A stretch of 61,663 nt of DNA, filler included, from Welwitschia mirabilis (taxonomy: Eukaryota): NCBI GenBank assembly GCA_051453625.1. It is 7 parts of one record of this genome, joined end to end, with 100 filler letters (N's around TTAATTAATTAA, not from the genome) between each part and the next. Parts side by side here need not be neighbours in the genome. Positions count along the whole stretch, not along the records: positions 52,309 to 56,063 come from JBOZIK010000001.1; positions 56,164 to 58,710 come from JBOZIK010000001.1; positions 58,811 to 61,663 come from JBOZIK010000001.1; 4 more parts are not named here. One strand, 5' to 3'. Shown piece by piece: positions 52,309 through 61,663 of this stretch. The translations under genes and the position numbers were made by a program. Numbering within the stretch: position 1 is the stretch's first letter; the number at the start of each line of letters is the position of its first letter. Below the pieces are notes generated by a model. The model was not told the origin of the DNA. It saw nothing but the letters and a program-made list of their open reading frames with translations, and made no database searches.

Positions 52309-55300
52309 AACAAAGATATTCTTATAGCACAAATATATGTAGATGATATTATCTTTGGCTCTATGAAAGAATCTCTTGCATTAGACTTTGCCAATTTAAT
52401 AAAAAATGAATTTGAGATGAGTTTAGTAGGAGAATTGAATTTTTTCTTAGGGTTGCAAATTAGACAAAGAGAAAATAGAATTTTTATTTGTCAATCAAAA
52501 TACATTCATGACATTCTAGCTAAGTAAAACATGACTAATTATAAAGACATCCCAACACCTATGTTTACAAATGTCAAAATTAGCAAAAATAAGCTTAGTA
52601 AGAAAGTAGATTAAAAACTTTATCGAGGACTCATAGGAGGTTTGTTATATGTCACTGCTAATCGTCCTAATAAAGCCTACAGTGTGGGAGTCTGTGCTAG
52701 ATATCAAGTTGATCCTAGAGAATCTCATCTCACTCATGTAAAGAGGANNNNNNNNNNCTAGAACTTACAAATTATAGTGATGCCGACTGGGCTAGTTGTG
52801 TTGATGATCGGAAAAGCACGAGTGGTGCTTACTTTTATATTGGTAATTACCTGGTTTCATGGTTTAGTAGAAAGCAAACAACCACTTCCTTGTCCACAGC
52901 TGAAGCTGAATATATAGCTGCTAGATCTTGTTGCACTCAATTGCTTTGGATGAAGCAAATGATGACAGATTTTGGTGTTAAGCCTGACAAAGTTAAAATC
53001 TTTTGTGACACCACCAGTGCCATTAACATAAGTAAAAATCTAGTTCAACATTCAAGAACCAAACATATAGAGATAAGACATCATTTTCTTAGGGAGCATG
53101 TTCAAAATAATAATGTTTCTATTGACTACATTCCCACTAAGCATCGAATTGCTAACATAATGACTAAGAGTTTGAACGAAGATAAATTTACCTTCTTTCG
53201 TCAACAACTTGGGTTGAGGGATCCTTCCACTTCAACATAATTTAACTCAAAAATAAGATCTACTCCTACATTTTTCATCATTGGAACAAATTTGTGTTGT
53301 GTCCTTCTCTAGTTTTTTGGACATCCCAACTTCTTTTCTAGACGTCCTCCTACAAACTAACCCTGATTATGTCGAATTCTTCCCAGACGTCTCAGCTCTT
53401 AAACCTAGACGTCTGACTGTGTAGAACCGAGTCAAGCTTGGATGTCTCAGTTATTAAGACCGGACGTCTGGAGAAAATTTTTAAAAAAGATGGGTTTTTC
53501 TTGTTAAAACTCGGACGTTCGAGTTTTAAAACCCAGACGTCCGGATGAAGGGCAGACGCGATGCCGCAGACACTCCCACCTTTTCAATCTCTTGTTTTAT
53601 CTATTTTGTCATTTTTCTCCATCATTTTCTTAACGTTCTTTCTCTGCCACCCTATTCATTTGACTTTTCTTTGTCCTTTCTCCTATGTTATCATGGTCAA
53701 ATCAAAGTTTTCTACTTCCAAGAAAGGGAAGGAGCCAGCTTCAGAAGCAGAATGGTTTCTTTCGCCAGATCATCAGTGAAACTGGTATGGTTGTTTTTCT
53801 AAAAGGTCACTAGCTCCAGAACGCAGCATAGATTTTTAGTTCTTTCGGCATGAGCTCTGGTTAGAACCGAAATCTACAGAATAAGGCTGGATGTATGCTT
53901 TCAATCCAGACACAAAGGCTTTAGTAAAGATGGTATGTCTATTCTATTGTAATGGCCTATTTGATAAGTCAAATTGGAAGTTAATTTCAAAGGTATATGG
54001 AAGAATAGTAGAAGTAGACTTAGAGAGCATTTCTTTGATTACAAGTTTTCCGAGTGATGGGTTCTTTCATGAAATTCACTCAGTAGCCTCTCTTCAAGAG
54101 GTAGTTTCAAAAGATATTCTGCTAAGGAATTATGTGGGAAACAAGTTCCATGGCGTGCAAAAATTCCTACCAACCAGCTTAAGCCATTTTACTGAGTTAT
54201 TTTTCAAATTTCCACCCACAATTTAGTTCCAAAACTCAGTCACAAGGATGAAGTTTCATTGTTATGTGCATAAATCATGTTCTGTCTGGGAACTGGAGTC
54301 AGAATTAATCTCTGTAAGTTTGTTATGTTCTATATCAGTCAATTTTTCGTTCCCAGCCATTCTAGTCTTCCTTTTAGCGGTTTGATTACGGCTATTCTTG
54401 AGAACCATCAGTTCATAATTCAGAAAGATGAGGAGTTAGTCAAAATTCCTAAACCGGTTGACTCATTTTCACTTAAGAAAATGAACATATTCTCAGATGT
54501 GATTGGTCCATCTCCTCCTCCCAAAAAAAAGCAGCGCATTGAAAAAGGCACTTCAGCTGAACCTGTTTCCAATGGAGTATTATTCCGAGCAGTTCAGACT
54601 CTAGAGGCCTCAGTGGACAGGTTGCATAAGAAGGTAGATCACATGGTATTTGGTCTCTCAGCTTTTAGCTTAGATATTCTTTTAGAGTCAAAAGAGGANN
54701 NNNNNNNNNNNNNNNNNNNNNNNNNNNNNNNNNNNNNNNNNNNNNNNNNNNNNNNNNNNNNNNNNNNNNNNNNNNNNNNNNNNNNNNNNNNNNNNNNNNN
54801 NNNNNNNNNNNNNNNNNNNNNNNNNNNNNNNNNNNNNNNNNNNNNNNNNNNNNNNNNNNNNNNNNNNNNNNNNNNNNNNNNNNNNNNNNNNNNNNNNNNN
54901 NNNNNNNNNNNNNNNNNNNNNNNNNNNNNNNNNNNNNNNNNNNNNNNNNNNNNNNNNNNNNNNNNNNNNNNNNNNNNNNNNNNNNNNNNNNNNNNNNNNN
55001 NNNNNNNNNNNNNNNNNNNNNNNNNNNNNNNNNNNNNNNNNNNNNNNNNNNNNNNNNNNNNNNNNNNNNNNNNNNNNNNNNNNNNNNNNNNNNNNNNNNN
55101 NNNNNNNNNNNNNNNNNNNNNNNNNNNNNNNNNNNNNNNNNNNNNNNNNNNNNNNNNNNNNNNNNNNNNNNNNNNNNNNNNNNNNNNNNNNNNNNNNNNN
55201 NNNNNNNNNNNNNNNNNNNNNNNNNNNNNNNNNNNNNNNNNNNNNNNNNNNNNNNNNNNNNNNNNNNNNNNNNNNNNNNNNNNNNNNNNNNNNNNNNNNN

Positions 55301-56063
55301 NNNNNNNNNNNNNNNNNNNNNNNNNNNNNNNNNNNNNNNNNNNNNNNNNNNNNNNNNNNNNNNNNNNNNNNNNNNNNNNNNNNNNNNNNNNNNNNNNNNN
55401 NNNNNNNNNNNNNNTTGGTCTCTCAGCTTTTGGCTTAGATATTCCTTTAGAGTCAGAAGAGGAAGCAGCTCCTAGAGATCAGACCTCTCCTTCTCCTCAT
55501 GATGAATCCTCAAATTAGCTTCATCTTATCTTCCCTCAGTCTCTCTCTCTCTCTCTCACACATTTTGTGTTCTCTCCTATATCTTCCATCCCTCTTATTT
55601 TGTGTTTTCAATAATGATCAAGGGGGAGAATATCTTGGATGTAAAATGTCACATATCTAATGAGACTCTTTTTTTGTTTNNNNNNNNNNNNNNNNNNNNN
55701 NNNNNNNNNNNNNNNNNNNNNNNNNNNNNNNNNNNNNNNNNNNNNNNNNNNNNNNNNNNNNNNNNNNNNNNNNNNNNNNATATTCCTTTAGAGTCAGAAG
55801 AGGAAGTAGCTCCTGGAGATCAAGCCTCTCCTTCTCCTCATGATGATTCCTCAGATTAGCTTCATCTTATCTTCCCTCAGTCTCTCTCTCTCTCACACAT
55901 TTTGTGTCCTCTCCTATATCTTCCATCCCTCTTATTTTGTGTTTTCAATAATGATAAAGGGGGAGAATATCTTGGATGTAAAATGTCACATATCTAATGA
56001 GACTTTTTTTTTGTTTATTCTAAAAATGTACCTCATTTTAGTATCAAATGATTTGTATGAGCA
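52309..56063 (+). mobile_element. Sirevirus family C, plus-strand piece: RT/RNase H 52309-53240, spacer, env-like copy 3, PPT-zone start
   Basis: IYVDDIIFG; STAEAEYIAA...QHSRTKHIEIRHHFLRE; reverse-complement similarity to 47600-51500. Confidence 0.9.
53693..55518 (+). pseudogene. env-like ORF, family C copy 3 (frameshifts, gap)
   Basis: MVKSKFSTSKKG...KMVCLFYCN...PPPKKKQRIEK...AVQTLEASVDRLHKKVDHM...SPSPHDESSN*. Confidence 0.8.
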
Positions 56064-56163
56064 NNNNNNNNNNNNNNNNNNNNNNNNNNNNNNNNNNNNN
56101 NNNNNNNTTAATTAATTAANNNNNNNNNNNNNNNNNNNNNNNNNNNNNNNNNNNNNNNNNNNN

Positions 56164-57786
56164 TTCTTCTATCACCTATCATATGTCTTGAATAACTACT
56201 GTCCAAGAACCATCTAGGATGCTCCTTTGCTTTTAGAGTGATCTAAACGAACAACCCTTTGATATAATCCTTTTTAACCCATCTTTGTTTGATGAGAGAC
56301 TGACTGTTCGTTGCTTTTGGTTTCCATAGGAACTTATCACTTTTATAATGAGAAAAATTTCCTTTTCTGATGGGACAAGAAAATCTAACATGTTCTAGGC
56401 TTCCATAATAGAACATTGGATATTGAAAAAATTTAAATTGTTAGACTTTAAAGCATACTTCTTGTGATCAGAATTTACCTTGTTATAGTGGTATGAGGTG
56501 CTTGAATTGAATTTCCTTATAACCTCTAAATCCCTTGTTAATATTGAAACAGTCTTATTTGCACCTGCAAGATTTTCAATAGCCTTATCCAACTCTTTAT
56601 TGGTTAAGTCAAGTTTAGTTTATAAACACAGTAATTTAGATCTTAAATATTTATTTTTATAAGCTAGAACTTCATAATGAAAATACAATTGTTCATAAGC
56701 TTCTTCAATATTTTTAGAATTTTCAGTAATTACCTCATTCACATTAGAGATTGCATGTTCATCCTTAGTAGTTGATATGAATGTATATTCCTTGGTGATG
56801 GCTAGCAATCCACATTCCTCTTCTTCATTTTGAGATGCTTCTGAGTCAGATTCTTCCTCATCATCCCAAGTGACTTTGAGAGCCTTTTTCCCTTTGATTT
56901 TAGCTTTTCTTGTATTGGCACATTCAGCCGCTGTGTATCCAAAGCCCTTGCACTTAAAGCATTATAGAGGTTTCTTGTTTCTGCAATATTCTTGAAGGAA
57001 ATTTTCTTCTCCATTTGACCCTCGTTTGCGTTAAATCTTGTTTTACTAAAGTCTTTTTTGTTTTCTTAGAAATCTTCTAAAGTTTTTGGCTAGAAGGGCT
57101 GAATCCTCATCATCTTCTTCATTGTTGAAACCTTCTTTACAGTGACTTGAGCATTTCAAGGCAGTATTCTTTGTCTCAAGTCCCTCATCACCTATAATGG
57201 TAGCTTTATACACAATAAATGATCCCTTGAGCTCCTCTAGACCCATGGTGTTTGGATTTTTTCTCTCTTTAATTGCAGTAATCTTAGGTCTGAAGTGCTT
57301 GGGCAAGCTTTTTAAGATTTTACTCATAACTCTTTGCTCTAGAATCTTTTCTCCAAGACCCCACATTATGTTCACAATGTCTTTGATCTTGGTTGTCTAT
57401 TCAGTGATAGATTCCTATTCCTCCATTCTAATATTTTCAAATTGATTTGTTAAGAATTGTAATGTACCTTCATGAGAAATCTTGAGAGTATCCCAAATTT
57501 ATTTTGTAGAGAAAAATTAAACTACTCAATTGTACTCCTCTGAATTAATTGCACAAATTAGAGCATTCATTGCTTTTGCAATGAGCCTAGCTTCTTCCTT
57601 CTGTTCATTAGATCAACCTGCCAAAGAATTAGTGGGTTGGGAATAACTGCACATAATACTATCCCAGATATTCAAATCAAGAGATTTTAGACATATTATC
57701 AATTTAGTTTTCCAAAAGGAATAGTTTGACCCATCGAAATAAGGTGGCCTTGAGATCGAATGACCTTCATCAATGATAGGTCCCAT
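56164..57786 (-). pseudogene. gag: Sirevirus family B extended gag plus start of protease
   Basis: MGPIIDEGHSISRPPYFDGSNYSFWK...KILKSLPKHFRPKITAI...CFKCKGFGYTAAEC...WVKK...WFLDSSYSRHMIGD. Confidence 0.9.
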
Positions 57787-57827
57787 TTGATCACTCAGAG
57801 TGGTGAAGCTCTATGAAGAGTAACCTT

Positions 57828-57839
57828 GCTCTGATACCA
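57828..57839 (-). promoter_or_regulatory. Primer-binding site for initiator tRNA-Met (TGGTATCAGAGC)
   Basis: Exact GCTCTGATACCA on plus strand, 2 nt from the LTR TG at 57842. Confidence 0.95.
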
Positions 57840-57841
57840 AT

Positions 57842-58710
57842 TGAAATTCCTAGAGGGGATGAATAGGAATAGAAATAAAAACTAAACCCAAAAAACCTAT
57901 TCTTTAAAGAGAATTAATCAGCTTTCCAAACGAAAAAGATATCTAAAAAAAATGCAAAACAGAAAAATAATCAGCCCACAAGATTTATAGTGGTTCAATA
58001 ATGCACCTACTCCACTCTTCAAGGAGAGACAATGATGTCATCTTCCCTGGTTTCCTTATCATTCTTGAATTGATGATTTTATGGCTGATCATCAACCCTT
58101 TGTATAATAGTGAAGATTTTTCAGGCTTATCATCAACCTTTCACAGTTGGAATCTTTTAAAGGCTCAAACTCAACCACAAAAAAAAGAGAGGAAATTAGA
58201 TTGTGCCTCAAAAACGAATAAAATAGGGTAGGAGCTAATCAGAATGATCACACAAGGTAGATCTCAGATTACAAAGATTGCCAAAGATTAGTTTGAGTTC
58301 ACTTCACAAAATCATATATGAGTGTAACCTTAACAAAACAAATTTCAGCCCTTTTAAAGAGAAGAGAAAAATAGGTGTTAAAGAGAAACCCAAAATGATG
58401 ATTCCAAGACATGGTAATCTGATATTTTAAATAAATTTTTGTTCTCAACATGATTGAATGACGCCCCAGAAGAGAATAGCCATTGAAAACCACCGCGCAT
58501 TTGCTGTAGCTGACTGTTTCTCCAATAGTCAAAAGAGAGGACGTCCAGCTTAAAAGATGGGAACGTCCTCACTCCCAGGGGGGAGGACGTCTGCCCTTAG
58601 AGTAGTGCAAACGTCCACACTGCTGGGAGTAGGGGAACATCTGCCCTAGAAAGAAGCAAATGTCTACACCTCTCATAAGTGCAGACTGAGGGAAAAAACT
58701 AAATAGAGGA
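57842..58710 (-). repeat. 5' LTR of Sirevirus family B (truncated by linker gap)
   Basis: Colinear with 42644-~43480. Confidence 0.9.
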
Positions 58711-58810
58711 NNNNNNNNNNNNNNNNNNNNNNNNNNNNNNNNNNNNNNNNNNNNTTAATTAATTAANNNNNNNNNNNNNNNNNNNNNNNNNNNNNNNNNN
58801 NNNNNNNNNN

Positions 58811-59805
58811 TCATTGATGTCAAAAGGGGGAGAATTAGTTGTGTTGTTAAATTTTTTATAATTTCAGTTGTATGCTCTTGATGAGCACCTCTACTCAGGC
58901 AACCAAATTTCTCACTCAGGCAACCTGTGTAACTCAAGGCACCACATGGGATCGACTGGATCTTTGTGGGGTCAACCGGAGAAAGCAAAAATAAAATTTT
59001 TCTAAATGTCATGTATTTGTTATGTAAACGTTAGGTAGTTGTTTTTTAGTTGTTTATAACCGTTGGAGGCGCATTTCAAATGTCATAAACCCTAAAAGCC
59101 TTCCAATATAAATAGCTAAGACATAGATGACAAGAGATCCTTTTTTATATTTTTTGGAACTATTCTCATTTTGGTCAAATCTATTGGATCTGAAGGATCG
59201 AGTATTAGATGTGAATGATTATCACTTTTGTATCTTAGCATCCTTGTGTCTGACAGAAGGAGATTTACTATTAGCATCCTCTCTACATTTAAGGTCGGAT
59301 CTAGAGCTTAAATTGTTTTACTTCTACAGGAGGAGAGCTCCATCAAATGTACTGATTCCAGAACAAGTGATATCTATGTTTTTGAGGCATCATTACATCA
59401 CTACCCTCTTTTTTAAAGGTTGAGACTAAGCCTTGAAAAGTCTGTTCTAAAGGTTGAGACTAAGCCTGAAAAAGTCCGTTTGTAAAGGTTACAGGTGAAC
59501 CTGGAATACCTGGTAGAGTAATGAAGATCCGAGATCTAGCTTGGGGATAAGCTGATCGTCGAGAGTGGAGTAGGGGGTTTCCCGAACCACTATAAATCTG
59601 ACTTGCATCGAAGTGGTATTTTTGTGCTTTCAGTTTTTATTTCTTTACTTCCATTATTTTCTCATATTGTTCACTTTCTAGATTAGTTTATTTTCGTATG
59701 CAAGTCTTGTTTTAGATTGGATTCATTTAGAATATCTGTCGAATTGTTTTGTTTTAAAGAACCTATTCACCTCCTCTTCCCCCTCTAGGGTTCTCGATCC
59801 TATCA
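58811..59805 (+). mobile_element. Sirevirus family D: PPT plus 3' LTR (~58836-59805) inserted in an Athila integrase
   Basis: PPT CAAAAGGGGGAGAAT; TATA-like TATAAATA ~59108; ~34-bp tandem units 59415-59490; U5 end ACCTATTCACC...CCCCCTCTAGGG...TATCA. Confidence 0.8.
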
Positions 59806-61663
59806 GAAGCTAGTGCTTGTTGAACAAACGATGTTAAAATGGTAGTTAGATTCTTTAAATAAAATGTTTTAACTCATTTTGGCTATCATTTTAATTAGTG
59901 ATGAAGGGACACACTTTTGTAATAAAATATGCAACAACCTTCTCGCTAAATATGGGGTTACAAATAAAGTCGCAACACCTTATCACCCACAAACAAGTGG
60001 CCAAGTTGAGGTTACAAATAGGGAACTTATGAAAATCCTTCAAAAAGTAGTAAACTCAACACGAAAAGACTGGTCCTTTAAACTTAACGATATCTTATGG
60101 GCATACTGCACAGCTTGTAANNNNNNNNNNNNNNNGTTGCGTTTTCGATTAGTCTATAGTAAAGAATGTCATTTACCTGTGGAACTTGAACATAGGGCCT
60201 ACTGGAAGATCAAGTATATGAAGTTAGACTTAAAGGTCGCAAAGAAAAATAGGGTCATACAACTCAATGAACTAGAAGAAATTAGAAATGATGCCTATGA
60301 CAACATGAGAATAAATAAGGATAGGATGAAGAAGTTCCATGATCAACATATTCTTTGAAAAACGTTTCAGGAGGGAGAACTAGTCTTGCTATATAACTCA
60401 TGTTTACATATTTTAGCAGAAGGAACCCTTCTTAATAAAAAAAGGTTTTACCACATAGAGTTATTTTCATTAAAAATACCAAAAACAATCAACTCCTTAA
60501 AGTCAGTGGACATCATCTAGAACATTATCACTCATCTCACCCCCCTTTTAAACCTAGCCATTTACTAAATCCATTGTCAAATCACTCCATCAAACCCGCA
60601 AACCATCTACTCGAACCATCAACCCTTAAGTTTTTGAGACTTACTGATCCAGGTTAAAAGCCCTTAAAACAAAAATTAATTATAAGCTATCATGTTATCA
60701 TCTAAGTAATGGTTAAGATCTAGTTTACTTATGAGTTTTTAAGGGAAAGAACGCTTATTTCAAGTAGGTTAGTTAAGAATGCCTTTGCTTAGGATCTCTG
60801 GCTTTGGAAAAACTTGGTTGAAAAGGTGGAATTTACCTTCACATGTGCTCTTTAAGTAAAAAAGCCTTTAATGGGGATATGATTTGTCTTGACTAGGCTA
60901 ATAAGCCAATGACCTCTTAAAAGTGCATAAAAAATGACTATGGGAAGATAACAAAAAGAAAATAATATATCCTTTCTCAAAAAGCACATAACACTAATCA
61001 CGTTGTTGGGGTTAGTTAATCGCATTGGGGCTATGGATGCCTACTAGCAATGTAGCTCTAATGCTCTATTTGCAACATGTTCAACTGCATTGGGGCTATA
61101 AACACTCACTCGCAATGCAACACTGATTTCTGCATAATACAACATGCTTAACTCTGTTGACAGAAAATGTCGTAACACTAGATGCTCAATATGGTTTAAA
61201 GGCATAATACTAAGGACATATGCGAAAGTGGAAATGGAAAATAAAAGAATGAAAAGGTGGAAATCAGAGGTCTTTTGCATCAATTCCTTAGATCCTTATG
61301 GGTTACTTGGTTAAAAGTTAAAACTTAACTTGGTTAATAACACGATCAACTAAAAAATACAAAAATATGATAAACGGCTAATAACTTAGGATAGTTCGCT
61401 CGTTTATTTATTGATTTCTGGTTTCACTCCATTCACGCATCATTTACCTTGCATCACTTTACCTCATTCCACTTCTTATCATTTTCATTAAAATTAACTC
61501 CTATGGCATTAACTATTTTTACAAATAGTTTTTCCACTTAGCACATGTTTAGTTGTAAATAGCTAGTCTTTTTCCTTAGCTTAATTTTGTTTTTAATAAA
61601 AGAACTCTTTGTGATATGTCTATGCCTATGTTCTCAAATAACTTAACATTTTCACTAAAAACT
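59806..61663 (+). mobile_element. Athila-like Ty3/gypsy: integrase core 59806-~60530, then non-coding 3' region
   Basis: EASAC*TNDVKMVVRF...[10 protein letters not shown]...[18 protein letters not shown]...RKDWS...CHLPVELEHRAYW...ELEEIRNDAY. Confidence 0.88.

Noticed and set aside
50526..53240. Large inverted repeat of RT/RNase H around 52258 (possible hairpin RNA locus)
   Set aside because: The centre is an artificial linker and the arms are diverged paralogues; orientation is unverified
56240..56246. In-frame TAG between gag and protease of family B (read-through signal?)
   Set aside because: The copy has many other stops; a C-to-T decay is the simpler explanation
1..61663. CRISPR arrays, rRNA or intact tRNA genes
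   Set aside because: None seen; the short repeats present are LTR-internal tandem or palindromic motifs

Overview
Draft-quality, AT-rich angiosperm nuclear DNA made almost entirely of nested and decayed retrotransposons. It has many N-gaps and six artificial 100-bp joins (44 N + TTAATTAATTAA + 44 N), so order and orientation across those joins are uncertain. The only recognisable host coding exon is exon 1 of urate oxidase (uricase; minus strand, 14675-14869). I could not find exon 2, so positions 1-14674 are probably a TE-filled first intron. TE content: several Sirevirus-type Ty1/copia families (a gag-only deletion derivative at 1-4821; two families with an extra 'env-like' ORF at 42644-58710; LTR remnants), a Tork/Tnt1-like copia, decayed copia RT remnants, CRM-like, Athila-like and Tat-like Ty3/gypsy remnants, a 2.3-kb internally deleted copia nested in the Tat RT with a 5-bp TSD, and weak LINE, hAT and SINE traces. 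The most notable non-routine observations are: (i) an intronless, frameshifted copy of the N-terminus of a Chorein_N/BLTP3(SHIP164)-like lipid-transfer gene inside a ~2.5-kb unexplained, gene-like segment (31150-33687); (ii) the gag-only Sirevirus whose gag runs in frame into tiny integrase and RNase H remnants; (iii) env-like ORFs carrying an SV40-type NLS rather than obvious envelope features; (iv) GGACGTCC palindrome arrays shared by three Sirevirus families. I see no convincing evidence of a new biological system; family assignments come from motif recognition by eye, not from database searches.
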